In this document: positions 22,301 to 31,519 of the stretch, piece after piece
Position numbering within the stretch: the stretch's first letter is position 1
How the letters are laid out: every line of letters begins with the position of its first letter
From: Meyerozyma guilliermondii
Taxonomy: Eukaryota
Reading direction: 5' to 3'
DNA length: 64,000 nucleotides
Assembly: GCA_051546255.1 (NCBI GenBank)
Contig: CP128818.1
Coordinates: 496,001-560,000 of the forward strand
Position numbers and translations under genes: made by a program
The notes under the pieces: generated by a model
What the model was told of the DNA's origin: nothing
Database searches by the model: none
Seen by the model: the letters and a program-made list of their open reading frames with translations, nothing else

Positions 22301-22986
22301 TAGCAATACACAAGCTTACGTAACAATCGAGCTGGCCCTGCCATGACTCAGGTCGGGCCCGGGCCAGATGCAATGCAAGTGCACTGCAAGTGCAAGCGTA
22401 AAGGTTTGCGGTAATTCCGGCTGTTCTGGAGTTCCGTTCCTCTTTTCAGTTCCGTCCTCTTCCTTTCAGTTCCGTGTTCCACTTTCCGCATTCGGTAGTC
22501 ATTTACTAATTAGGCGGTGCGGCATGTCGACGCAACAATGCCTGCAGGCACCGATCACTTACAACCGAGGAGCGGCGCGGCCCCACAATTACGGAGCCCG
22601 TGCCCACATTTACCGTGCCCGCGGCGCACTTGTTACCTAGTTGAGATGCGGTATTTTTACCATTGGGCAGAAAAGCGGCGTGCGCGCACCAACTGTTTAT
22701 TGACGAAGGGCATGCAGCACAGTCACAGGTGTTGGGAAAATTTTTGCGGCAAAGTGCGCGTACATATATAAAATGAGGGATTTGTAAAGATTTTTTGTTT
22801 TCAAAAATTTGTTTTCAACCAGTGGTTTGAAGCTTAAGAGCGTTTAATTTCAAAGTAAATTTATACTTACAAGTGTGGTAATCGGGTGGTTTAGGAGTTC
22901 TGCTTCTTGCTACGAGCATTGGAGATTTTGGGGGATTTCATTAGATAATCAGAAGAGCTGTTACAAACAAACAAAAATTCCTACCC

Positions 22987-23193
22987 ATGTCGCTCCTTAG
23001 TTTGACGAAGAAGAAGAGTGTATCTTCTGCCTCAAGCTCATCCAGTACAAATAGTACTGGATCCACCTACTGCAAAAACAACGGGTTTGCTAAATTCGAT
23101 GAAAAAAAGGATTATGTCCGTCGGTGTCATATGAAAAAATGTGACGGTCCTCTGAAGCAACCCACTCCCGTATCTTTCTGTTTGAGAAAGTGA
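22987..23193 (+). CDS. Candidate small protein, 68 aa, basic and Ser-rich, function unknown
   Basis: ATG preceded by an AAAC-rich leader, TATATAAAA at 22765-22773 and a motif-rich upstream region. TA-rich 3' signals follow the stop. Confidence 0.55.
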   Translation: MSLLSLTKKKSVSSASSSSSTNSTGSTYCKNNGFAKFDEKKDYVRRCHMKKCDGPLKQPTPVSFCLRK

Positions 23194-23584
23194 TGTACTA
23201 TGTAAGGGTGAAGACGCCCTAAATGTCTGTGTATAATATGTGGTATAATCGACGCGTGCGGTTTCGAATTTTTAATTCGCATTCGCATTGGAAACCAACA
23301 TTCTTGTAACTATTCTACAGATGTATGACCAATCGTAAAGTCCCGGTTCCACTGTCGAAACCACGCTGAACTGCTGGTCAGTTTGTTTCCCGGGCTAGAG
23401 AGTACGTCTACACTAGGGAGTTTCTCCGGCATAACCGCTCAATGCAAGTGTCCCGGTTTTAGCATAAGAAACGTAAAGTAATTTTGAGAATTTATAGCAG
23501 AGTTACCCGGACACACAATATGCAGTAAGTACACTTGTACACCTGTACGCATCTAAAGATGGTCGACGCGACTGTTGACACCAG

Positions 23585-23893
23585 ATGGACCACACCTACT
23601 TTGAGAAGCAGCGGGACTTGCTCCTTCAGGAAATCGGGGCGTCGCTCGATTCGGTGGTTTACAACCTTGATGTGTTAAACCGGTCGTTGAACGGGTCGGT
23701 TTCGGTCGGAAAGGAATTTGACAATGTGGGCCGACTCTGGCTGCATTTTTACGACGGCGCCAACCAGCTCAAGGAGAAAAATCTGCAGCCTCTGCCATTG
23801 CAGCTGAATCTGCCCTCGGATCTGGCACCAAGTCCACTGCATTTGGGGAGCAAGTCATCGGAGTCGGGATCTGCTCCTGCATCCGAGCTGTAG
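23585..23893 (+). CDS. DAD1: DASH/Dam1 complex subunit Dad1
   Basis: YFEKQRDLLLQEI...NLDVLNRSL..SVSVGKEF..VGRLW(S)HFY. Probable leader intron 23525-23584. Confidence 0.9.
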   Translation: MDHTYFEKQRDLLLQEIGASLDSVVYNLDVLNRSLNGSVSVGKEFDNVGRLWLHFYDGANQLKEKNLQPLPLQLNLPSDLAPSPLHLGSKSSESGSAPASEL

Positions 23894-24012
23894 ATTCCCC
23901 TCGGAGTGCTGCCCCGAAATTCATTCCCCACGCACCTGCAGAAGTGGAGCCACTATCCCCAATGCGGAGTTAGTGCTGCCTATAAATATGAATGGTTTCT
24001 CACAATTCTTCA

Positions 24013-25158
24013 ATGAGAGCAATTGTTCTTCATGGTGTTAAAGATTTAAAATTTCACAGCGATTATCCGGAGCCGCAGCTACAATCTCCAACAGATGTCA
24101 AGATAAAGGTTGATTATTGCGGTATCTGCGGCTCTGATTTGCACGAATATTTGGATGGGCCAATTTTCTTTAAAAACAAACGAAACGAAATCTCCAATAA
24201 GGAAAACATACAATGTATGGGTCATGAAATGTGTGGAGAAATTGTGGAATTGGGCGCCAAGGTGAACCCAGAATACAAAGTTGGCCAGAAAGTGGTGGTG
24301 GCGCCAACCGGAACTTGCTTGGATCGACCTCGGTTTCCTGATGCACCCAACGCAAAGAAGCAGCCCTGCAATGCATGTAGTGAAGGATCATATAATGCGT
24401 GCGACTATATTGCGTTTACCGGATTGGGATTCGAAGACGGCGGATTTGGCGACTACTGCGTTGTGGGCGACAACCACATTGTGCCGTATCCACCATCGGT
24501 GATTCCGGTGGACGTGGCGGCATTGATTGAGCCGCTTGCAGTTGCATGGCATGCAGTGCGCATCGCTAAGCTAAATGAGGGCGAACTGGCGTTGGTGCTT
24601 GGCGCGGGACCCATTGGTCTCGTGATGATTCTTGCGTTAAAAGCACACAAGGCCGGAAATATTGTCGTGAGTGAGCCGGCAGAAGCTCGCAGAAAGTTGG
24701 CAGAGTCTTTTGGCGTGCAGACTTTTGACCCCACAAATTACGAATCGGTAGACCAGTCGGTTACCGCGCTTAAAAAGTTGACCAATGACGGATTTGGCTT
24801 CCACCATTCTTTCGACTGTTCCGGCATTCCGGTCTCGTTCGAGGTTTCTTTGAAGGCATTACGAACCACCGGAGTAGCCACCAACGTTGCCATTTGGCCG
24901 GAAAAACCGGTGGATTATTTTCCCATGGAAATCACATTGCATGAAAGAACCATCAATGGATCCATGTGCCATACTCGTGAAGACTTTGTAAACGTTGTCA
25001 AGGCATTCGAAGCCAAACTTGTAGACATTGACCAGGTGAGAACTCTAATAACCGGAATTGTGTCGGTTGAAGACGGAATAGAAAAGGGCTTTAACGAGCT
25101 TATCAACCACAAGGAGAAACACATCAAGATACTTGTATCACCACGTTATGCTAATTAA
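24013..25158 (+). CDS. Zn-dependent MDR dehydrogenase, 2,3-butanediol dehydrogenase (BDH1/BDH2) family
   Basis: CGICGSDLHEY, GHE, EPLAVAWHAV, GAGPIG and FDCSG motifs. ATG 23992 abuts the TATAAATA box, so 24013 is preferred. Confidence 0.9.
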   Translation: MRAIVLHGVKDLKFHSDYPEPQLQSPTDVKIKVDYCGICGSDLHEYLDGPIFFKNKRNEISNKENIQCMGHEMCGEIVELGAKVNPEYKVGQKVVVAPTGTCLDRPRFPDAPNAKKQPCNACSEGSYNACDYIAFTGLGFEDGGFGDYCVVGDNHIVPYPPSVIPVDVAALIEPLAVAWHAVRIAKLNEGELALVLGAGPIGLVMILALKAHKAGNIVVSEPAEARRKLAESFGVQTFDPTNYESVDQSVTALKKLTNDGFGFHHSFDCSGIPVSFEVSLKALRTTGVATNVAIWPEKPVDYFPMEITLHERTINGSMCHTREDFVNVVKAFEAKLVDIDQVRTLITGIVSVEDGIEKGFNELINHKEKHIKILVSPRYAN

Positions 25159-25756
25159 TGCTGTTATGAAGTTTTCTATGTAGAGGGTCGACGTTACGAC
25201 TGAGTCCGACTCTGTAGCGTTTATGGGCGGAATTTGTTTGCGAGCACAAGTCGGCTAGCGACCGTTTGGAACGAGAACCGGGGACAGCGGAGCTGGACTC
25301 GGTTTTGCGTTCGGAATGCATCGTTATGGGGTGCGTTTCGGGTTGAATTGCGGGTTGAATTGCGGGTTGTGATGCATTTTGTGATGGATTTTGTGGGGTT
25401 GTTTTCTGTGGGGTCACTTCCGATTGCGAAGCTTCTCGTTGTGCCGCTTCCCGCTCGTGTTCCGCTTCCTGTGGGAGTGCAGCTTTCTGCATTTTCTGCG
25501 TCTCTTTGTGTGCTTTCTTCGTCTCTTTCTGCTGTTTCTGTGTCTTCTTCGTCTCTTTCTGCGTCTGCGTCTGTATACGCGTATCGACCGGTTCTGCCAG
25601 ACCTGCTGGCTCTATATCTTCCGGTTTTTTTACCGACTCCACACTGAGGATCTCCGGCTCCTCCTCACTGTTCTCCACCGGTGAATCTGTATCCACCGGT
25701 TTCCGAGTTAGCAAATTCATCGGATCATCCACCGGGAGCCGTCGCACACCACGCAT
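25151..25756 (-). CDS. Uncharacterised low-complexity protein with a C-terminal RVGLSR..V.PLH motif
   Basis: 201-codon ATG ORF rich in E/K/Q/T/P. Overlaps the convergent BDH stop by 8 nt. Confidence 0.7.
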   Translation of the reverse strand: MRGVRRLPVDDPMNLLTRKPVDTDSPVENSEEEPEILSVESVKKPEDIEPAGLAEPVDTRIQTQTQKETKKTQKQQKETKKAHKETQKMQKAALPQEAEHEREAAQREASQSEVTPQKTTPQNPSQNASQPAIQPAIQPETHPITMHSERKTESSSAVPGSRSKRSLADLCSQTNSAHKRYRVGLSRNVDPLHRKLHNSIN

Positions 25757-26609
25757 AGGTAAATAGACGCGCGAAAATTTTCAATATTTCAACCCAATGA
25801 TTCGATCTATGCATCAGGTACATGCTGTGGGTATCTGCAATTGAGTACCAGGTATGACGTAGACAATGCCCTTTTTCCTTTGCATGCATGGCACATGCAT
25901 ATTGATTGCAAATGTCTTGACACTAATGAGATTTTTTGATAACGGCTAACCAGCACTTCTCAGTACACCAGTACACGATATTTGACTTCTATAAATACGA
26001 GGATGAGATTGGGTAGGATATTGATTGAATGGAAGGATTGTGGATCCCCAAAACTTGGGATTGCAGGTAGAATGCATGGGTTCATGCATTTGAATCTTAA
26101 CTGCATCTAGCAGTTTTTTATCCGAATGCACAATGCTTGCATAATGCACGTTAATTCGTGAGTAGTTTGGGCTGCAAAAGCACCCATGTCGCATTCCGGC
26201 CCCCTGTAACCTAAAGGTTTGCCGCAATTCCGGAACTTTATATCTATATTCATCTGGGCCTAATCTCTAGTTCTATAGGGGAAACCAGACATAACTTTTT
26301 TCAACCAATTGTTGTTTCTGGCCGCCTCTTAGTGTGACTTACAAAATGTGACATGAAGGGACGAAATTTACCAAAAATTTTCTGCAACCGGTTATCATTT
26401 TCGACTGGGTCCAGGCCATCTTAAATGATGGATCAATGAGAGAGTAATGACCTCGCATGTTGGGCCCAATTGGGAAACACCGGAAGTTGAAACTGCGGTA
26501 AGGCATTGTTGTAATTTTTCCGTTGGTGATGCCGAAATACGCGGCTGGTACCTGATGTCGATCGATTTTGGATGTACGTATTACATTGCATTTGCGCGTT
26601 CTATACTAA

Positions 26610-27449
26610 CTACATTATTATGCACTTGCAATTCAGAGACTTTTCTGGTTGAGCGGGTGTGTTCTGCTTGGCCCGCGTGTCCTTTTCCGATTCTTCTTTC
26701 GTAGTCTTGCTTTCCTCAGCAGCGGTACCGGCGCCAGCAGCCTCGGATTTGGTACCGGGGGTGGCCGCAGTCTCAGATTTGGAACCAGATTTAAAAGCAG
26801 ATTCGGTGGCCGTAGCACCAGAAGCGGGAGTAGTACCGGCGCCCTTCACAAATCGTAACGCAAACTTTCCAAATTGCTCACCTTGTACAATGGCTATATC
26901 TTTCTCCAACTTGGATGGTTGTCTCGAACCGTCTCCACCAGCCAATGTGCCGGCACCCCATGCTGAACCACCATGAACCTCATCCATCTTTGTAAGCAAT
27001 GGAAATGCAGCACCGTACCCTAATGGGATGTAAATCATTCCATGGTGAACCAATTGGGAAAGAAACGTCTTTGCTGTACTTTCTTGACCACCACCGAGAC
27101 CCCCAGTAGATATAAACATACCAGCTGGTTTCCCATTAAGCGCACCCAGGGCCCACAAGCCACCGGTTCTGTCCCAAAAAGCTCTGAATTGTGCCGGGGT
27201 AGTTCCGAATCTAGTTGGAATTCCGAATAAAAACGCATCGTATTCAGTCAAAGTGTCATTTGTGGCAATTGGATGAGTAGCTTTTGCAGGTGCATGCATA
27301 AGTGCCAACACTTCGTCACTCAAAGTCTCTGCTACTTGGAAAATATCAACTTTTGAAGCATTTCCACTCTTTTCCACACCCTCTTTGATTGCTTCGGCCA
27401 TTTGAACCATATGTCCAAAGGTCGAGTAGTATATCACAGCCACCTTCAT
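26610..27449 (-). CDS. YCP4: Flavodoxin-like NAD(P)H:quinone oxidoreductase with CaaX tail
   Basis: [20 protein letters not shown] and [10 protein letters not shown] motifs. Low-complexity extension ending CKCIIM. Confidence 0.88.
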   Translation of the reverse strand: MKVAVIYYSTFGHMVQMAEAIKEGVEKSGNASKVDIFQVAETLSDEVLALMHAPAKATHPIATNDTLTEYDAFLFGIPTRFGTTPAQFRAFWDRTGGLWALGALNGKPAGMFISTGGLGGGQESTAKTFLSQLVHHGMIYIPLGYGAAFPLLTKMDEVHGGSAWGAGTLAGGDGSRQPSKLEKDIAIVQGEQFGKFALRFVKGAGTTPASGATATESAFKSGSKSETAATPGTKSEAAGAGTAAEESKTTKEESEKDTRAKQNTPAQPEKSLNCKCIIM

Positions 27450-27520
27450 TATTTGATATGAATTGTTTTCAAGTTTTGGTTGTTACCACAAATTTTTATC
27501 TCGGACAAGCAAATGTAAGG

Positions 27521-27605
27521 TTAGTAAAATGTGACATCCACGCTTACAATTCACATTAGTAAAATGTTACAAAATCTGTAAACGGTGTGAAACCCGCTTA
27601 CGTAA
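27521..27605. promoter_or_regulatory. Cluster of Yap1/Cap1-type bZIP sites in the YCP4/PST divergent promoter
   Basis: TTAGTAA at 27521-27527 and 27556-27562, TTACAAA at 27567-27573, TTACGTAA at 27598-27605. Confidence 0.7.
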
Positions 27606-27653
27606 CCGCTCATATTTATAGCGGCGAGGTTGCTGTTTTTGCAACAACCGACG

Positions 27654-28259
27654 ATGGCTCCAAAAGTTGCAATTATCACATACTCGATGTACGGACACAT
27701 CCACACCATGGCCGAGGCCATCAAGGAGGGTGTGGTTTCCGCTGGCGGTGACGCCACCATTTTCCAAGTTCCTGAAACCTTGAGTGACGAGGTTTTGAAA
27801 CTTATGCATGCTCCTGCTAAACCAGACTACCCAATTGCTACCATGGACACTTTGACCGAGTACGATGCTTTCTTGTTCGGAATCCCAACCAGATTCGGTA
27901 ACATGTCTGCTCAAGTCAAGGCATTTTGGGATCAAACTGGTGGTTTGTGGGCCCTGGGAGCTCTCTACGGTAAGCCAGCTGGTATTTTCGTTTCCACTGG
28001 AACCCCAGGTGGAGGTCAGGAAGTCACTGCTATGACCGCTCTTACCCCAATTGTGCACCACGGTATGATTTTCGTGCCTTTGGGTTACGGTCCAGCTTTC
28101 CCATTGCTTACCAATTTGGAAGAAGTTCACGGTGGTTCTCCATGGGGTGCTGGAACTTTAGCCGGAGCTGACGGATCCAGACAACCAACCAAGTTGGAGA
28201 AGGAGGTTGCTCACATTCAAGGCAAGACCTTTTACGAGAAGATCTCTAAGCTTCAGTAG
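27654..28259 (+). CDS. PST3: Flavodoxin-like quinone reductase (PST family; PST3 by adjacency to YCP4)
   Basis: [23 protein letters not shown] and [10 protein letters not shown] motifs. First ATG at 27654. Confidence 0.8.
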   Translation: MAPKVAIITYSMYGHIHTMAEAIKEGVVSAGGDATIFQVPETLSDEVLKLMHAPAKPDYPIATMDTLTEYDAFLFGIPTRFGNMSAQVKAFWDQTGGLWALGALYGKPAGIFVSTGTPGGGQEVTAMTALTPIVHHGMIFVPLGYGPAFPLLTNLEEVHGGSPWGAGTLAGADGSRQPTKLEKEVAHIQGKTFYEKISKLQ

Positions 28260-28376
28260 AAAATTCTAGATAATATAGATTAAAATTTATGTTTATGAAA
28301 AAAGAATGATAAAAATGAGGAAACGGGCTCCTTTTATACAGCCATAATGGCAGCCAAGACGTATTTACTGCGTCTG

Positions 28377-29063
28377 TTATGGCGCCAACCGGACGCGATT
28401 CCAGGATGCGTCGGTGGTTTCCCGCCTAAATGAGATCCGGTCATGCAAACGGCTCACCCTTCCCTGCCAAAATTCCACTTCTAAAGGAACTACCCGCATG
28501 CCGCCCCACTTTGGTGGACACGGAATATTCTCATCTGCAACTCCTTCAAACCGCTTTTCTTGTGTTGCATACAAGTCGTCCAATTGCTGACGTTCATGCA
28601 ACAGCTGCAGCTGTGGTGACGCCCAGGCACCGATCTTGGACCCTCGGGGCCGGGTTTGAAAGTATCGTTCCGAGGTTTCACGACTTACGGGTTCCATCAC
28701 CCCTTCAACTCGAACCTGTCTTTCCAATTGTGGCCAGAAAAACGTTAATGCTGCATGCTTGTTGGTTGCATAATCTGCTGCCTTTTTGGAACCGTCCCAA
28801 TTGGAATACACAATAAATCCGTGGGGGTCAAGTTCCTTAAAAAGAACCACCCTCGACGAGATCCGACCCGAGGGAAGTCTTGCCGTTGAAAATGTACATG
28901 CCTCCGGAATAGCACCATCTCCGGATGCTTGCCTTACATCATCGAACCACCGGTGGAATTGCTCAATGGGACTCGCATCCAAATCCGACTCTTCGAGGTG
29001 TCCCTTTTTATACTGGTACGTTTTGGGCGCAAAAATGATTGGCGATTCTGTAGATCCGGTCAT
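28377..29063 (-). CDS. PDX3: Pyridoxine/pyridoxamine 5'-phosphate oxidase
   Basis: SSRVVLFK, RQVRVEG, YFQTRPRGSKIGAWAS, EFWQGR..RLHDR and RLAP motifs. Confidence 0.95.
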   Translation of the reverse strand: MTGSTESPIIFAPKTYQYKKGHLEESDLDASPIEQFHRWFDDVRQASGDGAIPEACTFSTARLPSGRISSRVVLFKELDPHGFIVYSNWDGSKKAADYATNKHAALTFFWPQLERQVRVEGVMEPVSRETSERYFQTRPRGSKIGAWASPQLQLLHERQQLDDLYATQEKRFEGVADENIPCPPKWGGMRVVPLEVEFWQGRVSRLHDRISFRRETTDASWNRVRLAP

Positions 29064-29143
29064 TTTGCGTATACTACGTAAATTCCGAGTTCCTCGATAT
29101 ATATATCGAATCATAGTGGAGTGATCGGTGCATTGGATGTATT

Positions 29144-30721
29144 TTATTCTATATCAAATCCGAATGTAAAACCAGTACTGTCAACCACTTTTGTCCATGA
29201 GTGGGGGGATTTCCGGGTTTGAGAGGTTTCAAGAAGATGACCTTTTCCCTCACTTATGAGTAACAAACGGAAAAACTCGTAGATGGGCATCGTAGGCATT
29301 TCATCGAGTTCTCCACAATCCTCGTCAGCGATTTGATCGATATCCATGGTGGATATTGTAGAACGGAAGGTTCTTAATGCTTCTATATCTTCACCATCAT
29401 CGTCTTGGTGGGTGTCTAAAAATTTACTGATAGCTTTGTAGACTCGCTTTATCGTAAATCCGGATACTTGATCAGTTCTCTTTTTAAAGAAATCGAGGGT
29501 ATTTTGTACTTTTGACGAGGGTGCAAAATTCTGCGTCAACGCCACGCTGTCATCGATATTGATTACTGAGTGCCACCATCCGGCCGGAACGTGCATGCAT
29601 TCTCCCGGGAATGTTACGGCAATTATGCATTCATCGATGGTTGCAGCGTCATTGAAAAATCCTGCCAATACCCATTCGGCAATTCCGACCGGCGACGTCA
29701 CCTCACTTTCGTCATCATCAGTTCCAACTCCCGGGGGTACGATATGCGGTGGAAGCATCACCCAGAGCTTACGTCCTGATAATGCAGCGTTCCATGCAGA
29801 AGTATAATTAGGATCTTTATGGAAAGTGGATCCGGATCTTTGAGGTCCCACGATGAGCCAGGCGTGATCTGGGCGGCAATCGACTTTTTCAAAAACGGAA
29901 AACAAGTCATCTTGGAAGACCTGAGGTACTGTATACTCCTGTTTTAACGTTTTCATGGCATCACTTTTGCAGTCAAATAAATAAAGTGGAGATTCGTCGC
30001 AGTTGTTCCGAAGATATTCAGCATACAAAGAAAGTGGCCATTGAGCAACTTCTTGACGAAACACCACTTCTGGAAACCGGTTCACAAGGTGCGAAATATC
30101 CCAATTGGGCCATCGTCCCGGCTGGCTCACAAGAATAAATGGCTTATTTTGCAATTTTTCATAGTCGTGAGATTCGGAATCTGGAAGCCTCAAAATTGAT
30201 TTTTCGTTAACAACTTCAGCTGATGACTTTAATGCTTGGTTATGGCGGCTGGTTTCGTCCTTTATAACCTTGGAAAATAACGACGAGTAGTCGATTTGGG
30301 AACATTGATACGGCCGATAGAGCAAGTCTGAGCACACCAAAGACCCAGGAAGGGTCACGTTGGCTCGTTTGTCGATTCCCAACACAGAATTTCTCCAAGA
30401 ACCTCTCCATTTAAAATTTTGCAGCCGATTTTCACCATTTGAAAAACCACCAATTTTGCTGAAATAAAGCCGTCGCCACAATTCCTCGTCATAAGTGTAC
30501 GCGTACATCACTCTGGACGTGTGTGCGAGGTGCAAAAGGTCTTTTTTATTGGAAATGTGGCCGAGAATCATCATGATGGTTTCGTCGGAAAAGTGTGAAA
30601 AATCACCCATTAGCTTGGCTTTCAACTTTTGCTCTTCAGGATCACTAAGGAGCTCGTTTCCCAGAGGCTTGACATTGAGGGGATGCCTAGCACTCACAGA
30701 GTGGCTCAGAACATGGTACAT
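29144..30721 (-). CDS. F-box/JmjC-domain 2-oxoglutarate oxygenase (JMJD6-like)
   Basis: VKPLGN, F-box-like FSDETIMMIL, DESPLYLFD, Fe ligands FHKD...WWHSVIN, and ALTQNF. Confidence 0.88.
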   Translation of the reverse strand: MYHVLSHSVSARHPLNVKPLGNELLSDPEEQKLKAKLMGDFSHFSDETIMMILGHISNKKDLLHLAHTSRVMYAYTYDEELWRRLYFSKIGGFSNGENRLQNFKWRGSWRNSVLGIDKRANVTLPGSLVCSDLLYRPYQCSQIDYSSLFSKVIKDETSRHNQALKSSAEVVNEKSILRLPDSESHDYEKLQNKPFILVSQPGRWPNWDISHLVNRFPEVVFRQEVAQWPLSLYAEYLRNNCDESPLYLFDCKSDAMKTLKQEYTVPQVFQDDLFSVFEKVDCRPDHAWLIVGPQRSGSTFHKDPNYTSAWNAALSGRKLWVMLPPHIVPPGVGTDDDESEVTSPVGIAEWVLAGFFNDAATIDECIIAVTFPGECMHVPAGWWHSVINIDDSVALTQNFAPSSKVQNTLDFFKKRTDQVSGFTIKRVYKAISKFLDTHQDDDGEDIEALRTFRSTISTMDIDQIADEDCGELDEMPTMPIYEFFRLLLISEGKGHLLETSQTRKSPHSWTKVVDSTGFTFGFDIE

Positions 30722-30848
30722 GGTGAAGAGAAAGAGAAGCTAAGATAAAATTATTTTCGCGAGAAATGAGAAAAAGTGAGAACTGAAAATGAATGAGATG
30801 AAAATCAGAATATGAATTTTAGTAATTTTAGTAGATTTTATATACATG

Positions 30849-31403
30849 TCACTTGATGTCCCGGCCCTTGGTGTGCTTCTCGTACATCATGGGCTGTTCC
30901 CGCTTGGGAATCCACTCCTTTTTCTGGAGCCGTCTTTCATGGTCGCTGACCCGTTTTCCTGGATACAAAATAGCTTCGTCAACCAGATCGAGTTCCGGGT
31001 ACTTGTTTTCCTCCACGGGAAACTCCTGCTTTCTCTTCATTTTGAGAAAGTCTCGGATCTCGGCAAAGCAATGCATACACATAAAATGGGACCGTTTAAA
31101 GTGGCCGCACGCTGGACATCTCACCAAATTGTCCAAATGTTGCACCTGTTTTCCACCCGGGGCATAAAGCTTCTGTCTTGTACGTCTATATGAAGGTTTT
31201 TTCTTGGGAACCGCTTTCAAAATCGTTTCGTTTCCAATCATAAATGGCGGGTCGCCGTGGTTGTTTTCCATTTGCCGACGGAGTTCTTCAAGCCGAGGAT
31301 CCCTGGGCATAGCCATCCAGCCTGCGAGAAGCAGCGGTACCGGTATACGCACCACGGCCTCCAACGACCCCGCAAGGGCCACCAAAGGGGTTCGGGCAAA
31401 CAT
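30849..31403 (-). CDS. MRPL32: Mitochondrial ribosomal protein bL32m
   Basis: AVPKKKPSYRRTRQK and zinc ribbon CPACGHFKRSHFMCMHC after a long presequence. Confidence 0.93.
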   Translation of the reverse strand: MFARTPLVALAGSLEAVVRIPVPLLLAGWMAMPRDPRLEELRRQMENNHGDPPFMIGNETILKAVPKKKPSYRRTRQKLYAPGGKQVQHLDNLVRCPACGHFKRSHFMCMHCFAEIRDFLKMKRKQEFPVEENKYPELDLVDEAILYPGKRVSDHERRLQKKEWIPKREQPMMYEKHTKGRDIK

Positions 31404-31438
31404 GGTGAAAAATTAACGAATAAACCACAAAAGTTCAG

Positions 31439-31448
31439 TTTCGCGAAA
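31439..31448. promoter_or_regulatory. Palindromic SCB-like element in the MRPL32/CDC10 divergent promoter
   Basis: TTTCGCGAAA gives CGCGAAA on both strands, and ACGCG lies at 31507-31511. Confidence 0.5.
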
Positions 31449-31519
31449 ACACCGGTGCACCAATCATTTGTACAAGTACTCGTCAATAGTTCGCAAGAGT
31501 TTAAGAACGCGACACAAAC

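Noticed and set aside
26252..26300. Hairpin plus ACATAA as a possible H/ACA snoRNA
   Set aside because: The pocket-to-box distance is too short and I found no convincing second hairpin with a terminal ACA.
29064..29114. Arg-rich N-terminal extension of Pdx3 as a mitochondrial presequence
   Set aside because: The upstream ATG is only 29 nt from the preceding stop and lies before a TATATATA tract that is probably the TATA box or a 3' signal, so it is unlikely to be in the PDX3 mRNA. Not excluded without TSS data.
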